Part shown: piece by piece, positions 52,356 through 61,892 of the stretch
Numbering within the stretch: position 1 is the stretch's first letter
Layout of the letters: each line of letters begins with the position of its first letter
Origin: an uncultured Acidobacteriota bacterium
GTDB taxonomy: Bacteria; Acidobacteriota; Thermoanaerobaculia; Multivoradales; UBA5704
Length of the DNA: 64,000 nt
Direction of reading: 5' to 3'
NCBI GenBank assembly: GCA_963700145.1
Contig: OY969474.1
Location: 3,136,001-3,200,000, forward strand
Program-made: the position numbers and the translations under genes
The notes under the pieces: model-generated
Seen by the model: only the letters and a program-made list of their open reading frames with translations
Told to the model about the DNA's origin: nothing
Databases searched by the model: none

Positions 52356-53519
52356 ATGGAGCGCATGGCGCCCGTGAGGACCCGCCGCGCCCTCCTCTGG
52401 GTGATCGCCGTGAGCCTGGCGGTGATCGCCGCCGCCAGCGCGGCGCTGCTCTGGCTGCGCGTCGAAGAGGAATCCGCCTTCGAGGTGACCGGCGAGGAGC
52501 CGCCCCCGGCAGCGGAGCCCGAGTCGCCGCTCGCCGAGCTCGCCACCGCCATCGGCTTCGACGAGGACGACTGCGGCCGCGACATGCTCTACGCCGCCAC
52601 CGGCGGCATCACCGGCAACGCCGAGGGCGAGAGCCCCGTCGAGAGCCCGCGCGCGCCGTTCTCCCTCAAGTTCAAGGACGAGGTGAGCCCGTACAGCCTG
52701 ATCTCGACCTTCGTGCTCCCGGGCGAGACGCTCGAGGTCGAGGCGGTCTTCACCGACCAGCCGATCGCGCTCGAGGCCTCGGCCGAGGAGGGCGAGCTGG
52801 AGCGCCTGGGCCCCGACCGCTGGCGCTGGACGGCGCCCGAGGAGACCGGCGGCGTGCACTGCCTGGCGGTGCGCGAGGTCGGCTCGGCGCACAGCACCTG
52901 CCTCAACGCCTTCGTGATGGTTCCGTACGCGGGCGAGGAGGAGGTCAACGGCTACCGCGTCGGCCGCTATCAGCCGACGGCGCTGCGCGGCCAGCCGACC
53001 TACGAGCGGCCGCGCGGGCTCGTCGAGGTGACGCGCGAGACCCTCGGCACCTGGGTCTCGCCCCACTTCCGGCTGGCGCAGTTCGTCGGCAAGCAGGAGA
53101 GCGACTATCCCAAGTACCTCGTCCTGCGCACGCGCCTCCTGCTCAAGCTCGAAACGGTGCTCGAAGAGCTGCGCGAGCGCGGCATCGACGCCGACACCCT
53201 CTTCGTGATGAGCGGCTACCGCACGCCCTTCTACAACGCCGCCATCGGCAACACGACCACCTACAGCCGCCACTCCTACGGCGACGCCGCCGACGTCTTC
53301 GTCGACCTCGACGACGACGGCCGGATGGACGACATCAACGGCGACGGCAAGGCCGACCTCGGCGACGCCCTGCTCATCTACGGCATGGTGGAAGAGCTGT
53401 CGAAGGACACCTGGTTCCAGCCCTTCGAAGGCGGCCTCGGCATCTACCCCCCGAACCCCCGCTTCGGCCCCATGGTCCACATGGACACGCGGGGGGAGAA
53501 GGCGCGGTGGAAGGGGTAG
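52356..53519 (+). CDS. Peptidase M15A family (D-Ala-D-Ala carboxypeptidase-like), membrane-anchored
   Basis: SGYRTP...SRHSYGDAAD...VHMDTRG. Confidence 0.85.
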   Translation: MERMAPVRTRRALLWVIAVSLAVIAAASAALLWLRVEEESAFEVTGEEPPPAAEPESPLAELATAIGFDEDDCGRDMLYAATGGITGNAEGESPVESPRAPFSLKFKDEVSPYSLISTFVLPGETLEVEAVFTDQPIALEASAEEGELERLGPDRWRWTAPEETGGVHCLAVREVGSAHSTCLNAFVMVPYAGEEEVNGYRVGRYQPTALRGQPTYERPRGLVEVTRETLGTWVSPHFRLAQFVGKQESDYPKYLVLRTRLLLKLETVLEELRERGIDADTLFVMSGYRTPFYNAAIGNTTTYSRHSYGDAADVFVDLDDDGRMDDINGDGKADLGDALLIYGMVEELSKDTWFQPFEGGLGIYPPNPRFGPMVHMDTRGEKARWKG

Positions 53520-53548
53520 GGGCCGCAGTCGCCGTGACGGGCGTCGCG

Positions 53549-54031
53549 ATGGACGTCAGAGCCGCCGCAGAAGCCGAGATCGGTCGCTTGGCGAAGATCT
53601 GGCACGAGGCCTGGCACGATGCGCACGCGCGGATCGTGCCGGCGGAGCTGACCCGGCTGCGGACGCTGGAGAGCTTCGAAGACAGGCTCCGGGCGGCGCT
53701 GCCGGACGTGCGCGTCGTCGGCCCGCCGGGCGAGCCCCTCGGGCTCTGCATCGTCAAGGGCGACGAGCTCTACCAGCTCTTCGTCGCGCCGCAAGCCCGC
53801 GGCGCGGGCGTGGCAGCCGCGCTGCTCGCCGACGCGGAGACCCGGCTAGCCGAGCGCGGCGTCGAGACCGCCTGGCTCGCCTGCGCCATCGGCAACGACC
53901 GCGCCGCGAAGTTCTACGAGAAACACGGCTGGCGGCGAGCCGGGACCATGATCAGCCAAGCGGAAACCTCGGCCGGCCCGTTTCCTCTGGAGAGCTGGCG
54001 CTACGAAAAGCCGCTGACGCGCCCGGCCTGA
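53549..54031 (+). CDS. GNAT N-acetyltransferase
   Basis: LFVAPQARGAGVAAALL, GNDRAAKFYEKHGW. Confidence 0.9.
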   Translation: MDVRAAAEAEIGRLAKIWHEAWHDAHARIVPAELTRLRTLESFEDRLRAALPDVRVVGPPGEPLGLCIVKGDELYQLFVAPQARGAGVAAALLADAETRLAERGVETAWLACAIGNDRAAKFYEKHGWRRAGTMISQAETSAGPFPLESWRYEKPLTRPA

Positions 54032-54043
54032 AGAAGAGCTCGC

Positions 54044-56458
54044 CTACGGCTGCGTCGGCTGCGCCCGCACCCCCGCCACCCACTCCTCGATGCTCTTCTG
54101 CAGCAAGTCCAGCGGCAGCTGCCCGCTGCCGAGGACGCGGTCGTGGAAGGCGCGGACGTCGAAGGCGGGGCCCAGCTCCTTTTCGGCGTAGCGGCGCAGC
54201 TCGCGGATCTTGAGCTCGCCGATCTTGTAGGCGGTCACCCCGCCCGGGTGGGCGATGTAGCGGTCGACCTCGTTGACGATCTCGCGGTCGGTCCTGGCGG
54301 AGTTGGCGCGGCAGTAGTCGATTGCCTGCTGGCGGGTCCAGCCATAGGCGTGCAGGCCGGTGTCCAAGACCAGCCGGATCGCCCGCCACATCTCGGCGTT
54401 GAGCTGGCCGAACTTCGAATAAGGGTCCTTGTAGAGCCCGAGCTCGCCGCCGATCGTCTCGGCGTAGAGCGCCCAGCCTTCGGAGAAGACCGGGTAGACG
54501 TCCCACTGCCGCCAGGCGGGCAGCGCCTCCAGCTCCTCGACGAGGGCGTACTGCAGGTGGTGCCCCGGCACCGCCTCGTGCGCCGCCAGGCTCTCCATCG
54601 CCCACTTGGGCCGCGCCTTGAGGTCGAACGTGTTGATCTGCATCCACCCCGGGCGCCCCGCGGCGAGCGAGCCGTTCTCGTAGAGGGCCGAGGGCGCCAT
54701 GTTCGCCTCGTCGCCCATCGGCTTGACGCCGTAGGGCAGGCGCGGCAGCCGGCCGAAGAGCTTGATCAGCTCGGGGTCGATCCGCTTGACGATGTCGCGG
54801 TAGCCCGCGACCATGTCCTCGGGCCGCTCCCAGAAAAAGCGCGGATCGGTGCGCAGGTGCTCCAGGAACTCCGCGAAGCTCCCTTCGAAGCCGGTCGAGG
54901 CGACGACCGCGTCCATCTCCTTGCGGATCCGCGCCACCTCGGAGAGGCCGAGCTGGTGGATCTCGTCGGCGGTCAGGTCGGTCGTCGTGTAGCTGCGCAG
55001 CAGGCGGGCGTAGTAGGCCGGGCCGTCGGGCAGCGCGCTCGCCGCGATCGACTCGCGCGCCCGCGGCACGTAGCTCTTGGCGAGGAAGTCGTGGAGCCGG
55101 CGCAGGGCGGGCTCGACCTGCCGCCGGAAGACCTCCGCCGCCTCGGCGCGCAGCCGCTCCCGCTCGGCCGCCGGGACGGTCTCGGGGATGCGCTGGAAGG
55201 GCTCCAGCGTGGGGCTCTGCAAGGGATCGTCGGCGAGCGGCGCGAGCACCTGATCGGCGACCCCATCGAGGGTCACTTTGGGCGGGGTAATGCCGCGCCG
55301 CGCGCCCTCCTCGAGCAGGGCGATGCCCTGCTCCACCAGCCGGGGAAAGCCGCGCAGCCGGGCGAGCATGTTCTCGTAGTCGGCGACGGTGCGGGCGGGC
55401 ATGTAATAGAGGAGGCCGAGCGCCGCGGTCAGCCGGTTGCCCTGGCGGCTGACCAGGAGGTACCTGCCGGGGGACGGCTCGCCGGTGGACGACCCGCTTT
55501 CGGCCTCGAGCCCCACCTCGAAGCCCCGGCGCAAGAGGTCGTAGCTGAGCTGCTCGGCCGGCGTCAGCCGCGAGCGGTCGATCGAGGCGAGGGCCGCGCG
55601 CTCGAGCTCCAGCAGGCGCTGGGAGTGCGCGAACGCCTCCGGCGAGTAGTCCGGCAGGCGGTCCTCGACGCCCGCGTAGCCGATGTACGACGCGAAGTCC
55701 GGCGCCTCGCGCATGGTCGCCGCCCAGTAGAGGTCGAAGAACCTCGCCAGCCGCGCGCTCTCGCTCGCGCTCCCCGCCGCGCTCTCGGGGAACCGCTCGA
55801 TCTGCCGCGTCAGCTCGGCGAGGTCCGGGGCGACTTGGGAGCGCGCGGGGAGCGCGAGCAGCAGGGCGGCGAGTAGGTAGGCGGCGAGCCGCTCGAGATC
55901 GCGTATGAACTTACGGAATGAGCCGGCCCGGTCGGCCAGCCGGAAGTCGAGCGCTTGCGCGAGCGCCGCCTGGTCGACCCGCGGGCCGTAGATTCTTCCC
56001 GTGGTCATGCGGGCGGAAAGCCAGCCCTTGGCGTCGCGCACGGCTTCCGGATCGGGCGGCGATTCGATCTGCACCGGCAAGCCTCGGTGGCCGCCGAGGG
56101 ATTCGGCCGAGGCGAGGAACCAGGCCTCGAATTCTCGGACGGGCAGAACGACCGCGATGTCGCGGTCGGCGCGCGCTTGTCGCGCTCGCTCACGCAGCGA
56201 TCGGCCCAACTCCGCCGCACAGTCGTCGTCAGCGTCGACGAGAACCAGGACGGCCCCGTCGGTACCCGCCTTGCGTGCTGCCTGCTCGACCGTTCGCTCC
56301 AGCTCGCCCGCGGCTAGCAGCCTGCTCTTTGGAACACGGATCGGCCGTGGAAGCTCAGGCGCGAGCAGCCCTCTGGACTCGAACCACCGGCGGATGAGCA
56401 GGGGTACAGCCTCGACTTCTCCGAAGCCCTCGACGATGGCGACGATCGTCCTAGGCAA
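54044..56458 (-). CDS. In-frame fusion of DUF4276 (TOPRIM-like) and DUF885 family protein
   Basis: N-terminal IVEGFGEVEAVP...VDADDDC...REFEAWFL; C-terminal HEAVPGHHLQ, FSEGWALYAE, RAIRLVLDTGLH. Confidence 0.85.
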   Translation of the reverse strand: MPRTIVAIVEGFGEVEAVPLLIRRWFESRGLLAPELPRPIRVPKSRLLAAGELERTVEQAARKAGTDGAVLVLVDADDDCAAELGRSLRERARQARADRDIAVVLPVREFEAWFLASAESLGGHRGLPVQIESPPDPEAVRDAKGWLSARMTTGRIYGPRVDQAALAQALDFRLADRAGSFRKFIRDLERLAAYLLAALLLALPARSQVAPDLAELTRQIERFPESAAGSASESARLARFFDLYWAATMREAPDFASYIGYAGVEDRLPDYSPEAFAHSQRLLELERAALASIDRSRLTPAEQLSYDLLRRGFEVGLEAESGSSTGEPSPGRYLLVSRQGNRLTAALGLLYYMPARTVADYENMLARLRGFPRLVEQGIALLEEGARRGITPPKVTLDGVADQVLAPLADDPLQSPTLEPFQRIPETVPAAERERLRAEAAEVFRRQVEPALRRLHDFLAKSYVPRARESIAASALPDGPAYYARLLRSYTTTDLTADEIHQLGLSEVARIRKEMDAVVASTGFEGSFAEFLEHLRTDPRFFWERPEDMVAGYRDIVKRIDPELIKLFGRLPRLPYGVKPMGDEANMAPSALYENGSLAAGRPGWMQINTFDLKARPKWAMESLAAHEAVPGHHLQYALVEELEALPAWRQWDVYPVFSEGWALYAETIGGELGLYKDPYSKFGQLNAEMWRAIRLVLDTGLHAYGWTRQQAIDYCRANSARTDREIVNEVDRYIAHPGGVTAYKIGELKIRELRRYAEKELGPAFDVRAFHDRVLGSGQLPLDLLQKSIEEWVAGVRAQPTQP

Positions 56459-57650
56459 CGGGAGCGGGCTCCTCGAAGAGCTTCACATCCGGCAGGTCCG
56501 CCTGGGCCGGGTCGGGGAAGAGCTGATCCATGCGCAGCAGCTCGCCCGGAGTCCGAAGGTGGTCCTGCAGAAGCCCCCGAGTCACCTCGTCGAGCTGCCC
56601 AACTTGCGTGCGACCTTTGAGCTGCTCGACCACGAGCACTTCGTCCGCTCCGATCGACGAGTCGTCCAGGAGATCCGGGCTGTGGCTCGTGACGACGATC
56701 TGTCTCTTCAGGCCCGCCTCCCGCATCGCGTCGAGCAGCACGCCGAGGGCCGCGGGGTGGAGCGCGTTTTCCGGCTCCTCGATGGCTACGAGGGGCGCCG
56801 ACGGCCGCGGTAGGCCGTTCGGCTGGAAGAGCGCGACCAGGATGCCCAACGCGCGGAGCGTTCCGTCAGACATGTTCGCCGCCAGGAACCGCCACGGGCT
56901 GTCGGTGTCGCCCACCTCCTGACGAAACTCGATCGTCTCGCGCGGCCCCAACGTCTTTCGGGAGATTCCTCGCACTCCGGGAACGATCTTTTCCAAGTAC
57001 TGCTCGACGCGCTCCTTGGCGGCCGGCAGCTCCTCCTGGAGACGGCCGACGACGCTCGCGAGATTGCTCCCGTCGCGGCGGAGGATCGAGCCCTCCTCCG
57101 GGGGTTGCAGCTCCCGAATCTCCTCCGGAATCAGGTTGTAGAACCCGGCGCGCCCGAAGCTGTCGTAGAGCTCCCGGAACTCCTCGCGCCCGGCTGCCTG
57201 GCCGAGGTAGAGACGGTCCGCTGCCGCCGGCGGAGGAGAGGGCATGGAGCTGCGCGCCACGCGGCCACTCTCCACGCGGTAGTGACCAGTAGCCGTGCCG
57301 TGGATGAAACACTCTTCGAGCTGCACTTCAAAGCCACCTCGCGAGCGGGCGGCGACCTCGAAGGCATAGCTGCCCGAAGCTCCGCCGGCAAGTCGAAAGT
57401 GGTATCGCGCGCCGAAATGGGTGGGATGACCGGCCGAGCGCCGCCGGACCTCGTTGATGCCGCCACGCTCGCGGATGGCGTGGTCGAGGGAAGCGGTAAG
57501 AGCGTCGGTGACGAAACGAAGTGCGTCGATGAAGTTGCTCTTGCCGGAACCGTTGCGGCCGACGAGGAATGTCGGGGAGCCCAGCGGCACGTCGCATGCC
57601 GCGATGCTCTTGTAGTTGCGGAGAACGACTCTCTCTATGAAGACTGGCAT
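56451..57650 (-). CDS. ABC/AAA_21 ATPase (defence-associated)
   Basis: LRNYKSI, GRNGSGKSN, MSDGTLR, IEEPENALHP, TSHSP. Confidence 0.9.
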   Translation of the reverse strand: MPVFIERVVLRNYKSIAACDVPLGSPTFLVGRNGSGKSNFIDALRFVTDALTASLDHAIRERGGINEVRRRSAGHPTHFGARYHFRLAGGASGSYAFEVAARSRGGFEVQLEECFIHGTATGHYRVESGRVARSSMPSPPPAAADRLYLGQAAGREEFRELYDSFGRAGFYNLIPEEIRELQPPEEGSILRRDGSNLASVVGRLQEELPAAKERVEQYLEKIVPGVRGISRKTLGPRETIEFRQEVGDTDSPWRFLAANMSDGTLRALGILVALFQPNGLPRPSAPLVAIEEPENALHPAALGVLLDAMREAGLKRQIVVTSHSPDLLDDSSIGADEVLVVEQLKGRTQVGQLDEVTRGLLQDHLRTPGELLRMDQLFPDPAQADLPDVKLFEEPAPVA

Positions 57651-57747
57651 CGGCAGTCGAGCCCTTGCAGAGGCATCTTCCCACAGCGACAACATCAAGG
57701 GTGCCGAAGGCGGCGGGAGCGTGGTCCGCTGCTCGCCCTGCCGCGCC

Positions 57748-59577
57748 CTACGGCCGCACCGGCGGGTTCGGCCGGGCGCGCGTCGTCGCCTCGACGTAGA
57801 TCACCGCCTCGAAGCGGTCGGGGAGCACCAGCTCCGTCGCCATCTCGGGCTCGCCGCGGAAGACGGCGCCGATCTCGCGGATCGGGTGCGGGGCGCGGAA
57901 CCAGTCGGCGACCGGCCCCTCCGCCGGCAGGCGGCGCAGGTCGAGGAGGCTGAGCGGCCAGCCGGCGCGCTCGAAGGCGTCCTCGAGCGTGCCCGCGGGG
58001 GGCGGGCCGACGGTGTGCTCGATCAACCCGCGCCGTCCCCCGGTGCCGTCGAGCGCCTGGAAGCCGCCGTGGTGGAAGAGGAACCCCACCGGCAGGTAGT
58101 CCTCGCCCAGCTCCGCCTCGAGGTGGCGTCCCAGCGACGTGAAGCGGAGGCCGGCCTTGGCGATGTGCCCGTTGTGCGCCCACAAGACGATGCGCGACCC
58201 GGGCTCGGCGACGTCGGCGATCCAGTGCAGGTTGTCGGCCATGCGGCGGTCGCGCACCTCGGAGTTGCCCAGGGGGTCGCTCCCCAGCTCGACGTACTGG
58301 CGCAGCACCTCCACGTACCGCCGGTCGACGAGGGCCTGCCGGTCGGCCGCGGCCGCCGGCTGCGGCAGCCGCTCGCCGATCCGCGGCAGCAGCGCGCCGA
58401 CGGCGGCGAGGCCCTCGTCGGTGGGCCCCGTTTCGGCGCGCTCCTCCGCGACGAGCCTGGCGAGGGCCGGCCCCGCCGCCGCCGCGAGCGCCGGGTCGAT
58501 CTCCCCGAGCCGCGCCGCCAAGCGCTCGGCCGCCACCGCGCCCGCCTGCATGTCGATGCCGTAGAAGCGGACCTGCCGGCGCCCCGGCACGGCGTTCCAC
58601 TGCCGCATCCAGCGGATGAGGTCGAGCACCTCCTCGGTGTTCCAGGTCCAGAAGTACATCCCGGCGAGCGCCGCGGCGGGGTCTCCCTGCCCCGTCCGCA
58701 CGTACTCGTCCACCGCCTCGGACTCCGGCCAGTTGGCCTCGATGGCGAAGACGCTGAAGCCGAGCTCCGAGACGAGGTACTCGAGCATCCGGTGCTTCAT
58801 CTGGAAGTGCTCGCGCGTGCCGTGCGTGGACTCGCCGAGCGCCACCACCCGCGCGCCGCCGACGACCTCGCGCAGCGGCGCCATGTCGGCGAAGCCGTGC
58901 CCGGCGCGCGTCGTCAGCAGCGGCACCGCCTGGCCGCGGATCCAGTCCACCACCGCCTCCGGCGGCGGCGCCGGCCGGCGGATCACCAGGTCCTGCCGCG
59001 CCGCGCCGGCGGCGACCTCGAAGTGGGCCGAGCGCTCCTCGCCCGCCACCGCGCGGCAGACGTGCGGCGCCGCCGGCAGGCGCAGCGCGTAGCGCCCGGC
59101 GCCGTCGGCGCGGACGACAAAGAGGTCACTCCGGAGGAAGGAGCGCATGCACCGCACCTGCGCGCCGCCGAGGGCGGCCCCCGTCGAGTCGCGGACCTCG
59201 CCGGCCAAGAGGAACCCCTCGGCCGGGGCCAGGAGGCGCAGGTCGCGCACCACCTTGCCGCTCGCCTCCGCCGGCGGCGAGTAGGCGGCGGTCCACTGCG
59301 GATGGGTCGCGGTCAGGGCATAGGAGCCGGCGGGGACCGTCGCGGCGAACGCCCCGCCGGCGCCGGCGACCACGACCGCCGCCGGATCGGCGCGGTTGCG
59401 GGGGACGACGGCAACGATCGCCCCCGCGGCCGGCTCGCCGCCGGGCCCGAGGACCGTGCCGCTCACCTCGGCGCTCGCGGGCGCGGGCGGCTCCTCCGCG
59501 CCGGCGAGCGGCGCGCCCGCGGCCCCGGCGAGCCCGGCGGCGCAAGCGAGGACGAAAGCTCTGCCGCGGCGGATCAC
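57748..59577 (-). CDS. Erythromycin esterase family protein with two carboxypeptidase-regulatory-like domains
   Basis: VALGESTHGTREH, FWTWNTEEV, RDRRMADN, VLWAHNGHI; GTG start with signal peptide. Confidence 0.88.
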   Translation of the reverse strand: MIRRGRAFVLACAAGLAGAAGAPLAGAEEPPAPASAEVSGTVLGPGGEPAAGAIVAVVPRNRADPAAVVVAGAGGAFAATVPAGSYALTATHPQWTAAYSPPAEASGKVVRDLRLLAPAEGFLLAGEVRDSTGAALGGAQVRCMRSFLRSDLFVVRADGAGRYALRLPAAPHVCRAVAGEERSAHFEVAAGAARQDLVIRRPAPPPEAVVDWIRGQAVPLLTTRAGHGFADMAPLREVVGGARVVALGESTHGTREHFQMKHRMLEYLVSELGFSVFAIEANWPESEAVDEYVRTGQGDPAAALAGMYFWTWNTEEVLDLIRWMRQWNAVPGRRQVRFYGIDMQAGAVAAERLAARLGEIDPALAAAAGPALARLVAEERAETGPTDEGLAAVGALLPRIGERLPQPAAAADRQALVDRRYVEVLRQYVELGSDPLGNSEVRDRRMADNLHWIADVAEPGSRIVLWAHNGHIAKAGLRFTSLGRHLEAELGEDYLPVGFLFHHGGFQALDGTGGRRGLIEHTVGPPPAGTLEDAFERAGWPLSLLDLRRLPAEGPVADWFRAPHPIREIGAVFRGEPEMATELVLPDRFEAVIYVEATTRARPNPPVRP

Positions 59578-61229
59578 CCCGGAGCGCGGCGGACGCAACG
59601 GACCTTGAGCGTCCCTTCCTTGTCCCACTTCCAGGTGGTGTAGACGCTCCCGTTCGAGGTCTGCGCCTGCCACGCCGACTCCGGTCGGTTTTCCCCTTCC
59701 GTCGAGCTCCAATAGGTGCCGGTGGTCATTCCCAAGGTCGCTCGGTTGTCCATCAGGCAGCGGAGCTCGTTGCTGGCCGGTAGATACCAATCCTCCCGGT
59801 TGGCGGCGTTGAGGGCCGCGCAGACGGCGGCCGCCGAAGCCGGCCCGCACTCGTGTTTCCCGATCGCCGCCGTGTTCTCGTCGCCGTTCCACTCGGAGCG
59901 CGCGCCGGTGGAGACGCCGGTCTGGCCGCGTCCGGGATCCGGCCGCCAGCAACCCCAGTCTCTGTTCGTCGCCGAATCGTTGGGCATGACGACGAGCGTG
60001 CGATCCCCGCAGCGGAGGCGCGGATAGCCCTTGAACGAGACTTTGGTGTCCGAGGTCGTGGTGCCGCACTCGTTGGCCACCGTCCAGCGGAGCGTGTAGG
60101 TCTCGTTCTCCGAGCCGGTGAAGCCGCTCGCCGGATCGGTCGGCGAAGCGATCCTCCCGCGGCCGTCCGCCGCCCCGACGATCGACCACCGTCCGGCCCC
60201 CGCTTCGCGGCTCGCCGCCAGGGACGCCGACGGCGCGGCGAGGTCCCGCTGGTCGGCGCCGGCGGCCGCGGCCCGGTCCTCGACCTTGAAGGGGGCCGAG
60301 GAGACGCGGCAGCCGTTGCGGTGGGTCGTGTGCACGGTGTACGTGCCCGGCTGGGACACGGCCAGGGTTTGACCCTTGCCTCCGGTCGACCAGACATAGC
60401 CCTCGGCGCCGTCGCCGATGAGCTCCACCTGCCGCCCGGGACAGAGCAGCGGCGGTTGGTTGGTCCTGATCGTGGGCTTCGGCGCCGGGTGGATGACGAC
60501 CTCCGTCGCGCTCCGCGCGCTCGAACAGCCGCCGACGATGGCGCGGACGTTCCACGTCCCGCCGGCCGCCGCCGCGACGTCGTCGATCCGGACCGTCGGT
60601 CCGAACGGCTTCTGCCCGTTCGGGCCGGTCCAAAGGTGGAGGACGCCGGGAACCTCGCTCGCCGCGAGCTGGAGCCGGCTCCCCGCGCACTGGGGCCCGT
60701 CGTTCGCCGCCCTCGGCGCCGGGGGCGGCGTGCCCGGGCAGGCCGCGCGGACGCAACGGACCCGAGCGCGCGTGTCTTTGAAGGTGTTGCGGCTGGTACC
60801 GGTGCCGAAGAGCATGGCAAGGGCGTACGAAGGGTCGAACGCTTCGGTCGAAGACCAGTACTCCTCCCGTTGGAACCCGCCGATCCGGGCGCGGTTGTCG
60901 AAGAGACACTTGAGCTCTTGGTTCGAGGGCAGATACCAGGGGGTGTCGCCGCTCGCGAGCCCATCGCAGACGCCCGCGCCGCCCGCGTCGGCGCCGCACG
61001 TCAGGAAGATGGCCTGCCCGTTGAAGAGACCGTCGTCGTGGGAGCCGGCGTTGGTCCTTTTGCGGCAGCCCCCGGTCGCGGTCCCACTGTCCTCGGGCTG
61101 CACCTGGAGCCTCCGGCCGAAGCAATCGATCTCCGGCAGAGCGGCGCCGAGAGCGGGACCGGCCGGCAACGCGCCGAGAGCGAAGAACGCCGTGACGAGG
61201 ATCGACCGGGAAACCGGCAAGGTCCGCAC
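59574..61229 (-). CDS. Secreted protein with two DUF1566/Lcl-like domains flanking Ig-like domains
   Basis: Two copies of WYLP...EL...YWSSTE...VRCVR; GGAGG RBS before GTG 61229. Confidence 0.75.
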   Translation of the reverse strand: MRTLPVSRSILVTAFFALGALPAGPALGAALPEIDCFGRRLQVQPEDSGTATGGCRKRTNAGSHDDGLFNGQAIFLTCGADAGGAGVCDGLASGDTPWYLPSNQELKCLFDNRARIGGFQREEYWSSTEAFDPSYALAMLFGTGTSRNTFKDTRARVRCVRAACPGTPPPAPRAANDGPQCAGSRLQLAASEVPGVLHLWTGPNGQKPFGPTVRIDDVAAAAGGTWNVRAIVGGCSSARSATEVVIHPAPKPTIRTNQPPLLCPGRQVELIGDGAEGYVWSTGGKGQTLAVSQPGTYTVHTTHRNGCRVSSAPFKVEDRAAAAGADQRDLAAPSASLAASREAGAGRWSIVGAADGRGRIASPTDPASGFTGSENETYTLRWTVANECGTTTSDTKVSFKGYPRLRCGDRTLVVMPNDSATNRDWGCWRPDPGRGQTGVSTGARSEWNGDENTAAIGKHECGPASAAAVCAALNAANREDWYLPASNELRCLMDNRATLGMTTGTYWSSTEGENRPESAWQAQTSNGSVYTTWKWDKEGTLKVRCVRRAPG

Positions 61230-61274
61230 GTTTCGCTGTCCTCCGAAAGGGTGGCGGGAGCGTAGCATGGTGCC

Positions 61275-61892
61275 ATGCCAAGCACCGGGCGCTCGCGCGA
61301 CACCCTTCTCCTCCTCGCCGTTCCCGCCCTCCTCTGTGCCGTCGCGGCCGTGCAGCTCTATCTGGTGGAGCAGCGCTCGCTGTCGCGCTGGAAGGGCGGC
61401 GGGTTCGGGATGTTCTCGACGGTGGACTCGCCGAGCGCGCGCTTTCTGCGGATCTACCTGAAGTCGGACGAGGGCGAGGTGCCCGTCCTCGTCCCCGACG
61501 AGGTCCGGGAGCTGTCGCACAAGGTGCGGGTGATGCCCTCGCAGCGGCGGTTGGCGGAGCTGGCGGACACGCTGCGCAACGGCACCTGGGTGCACCTGTC
61601 GGTGGTCTCCGCCACGCAGCATTACCACGACCTGCTGCGCGCGGCCGGCGGGGAGTACCAGGACTCGGCGGACGACATCCAGGTCCAGACCCAGCCCGGT
61701 CCCGCCCGCATCGACTTCGAAGGGATGAAGCTCGTCCGCATGCTCGGCGAGGACGAAGGTCCGTCGGACGACAAGCCGCTCGTGGTGACGGGCGCCCGCG
61801 TCGAGGTCTGGCGCTACGTCTTCGACCGGGAGGGGCTGGTCCTGCGCGCCCGCAAGATCGCCGAACACGCGTCGCCGGGCGATGGCCGCTGA
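61275..61892 (+). CDS. Membrane-anchored partner of the HTTM protein (SdpA / GGCX-luminal-like)
   Basis: N-terminal TM then RWKGGGFGMFSTVD; overlaps the next gene. Confidence 0.6.
   Translation: MPSTGRSRDTLLLLAVPALLCAVAAVQLYLVEQRSLSRWKGGGFGMFSTVDSPSARFLRIYLKSDEGEVPVLVPDEVRELSHKVRVMPSQRRLAELADTLRNGTWVHLSVVSATQHYHDLLRAAGGEYQDSADDIQVQTQPGPARIDFEGMKLVRMLGEDEGPSDDKPLVVTGARVEVWRYVFDREGLVLRARKIAEHASPGDGR

Noticed and set aside
57748-59577. Bona fide macrolide resistance gene (ereA/ereB)
   Set aside because: Secreted multidomain member of a broad family; the substrate cannot be inferred from sequence
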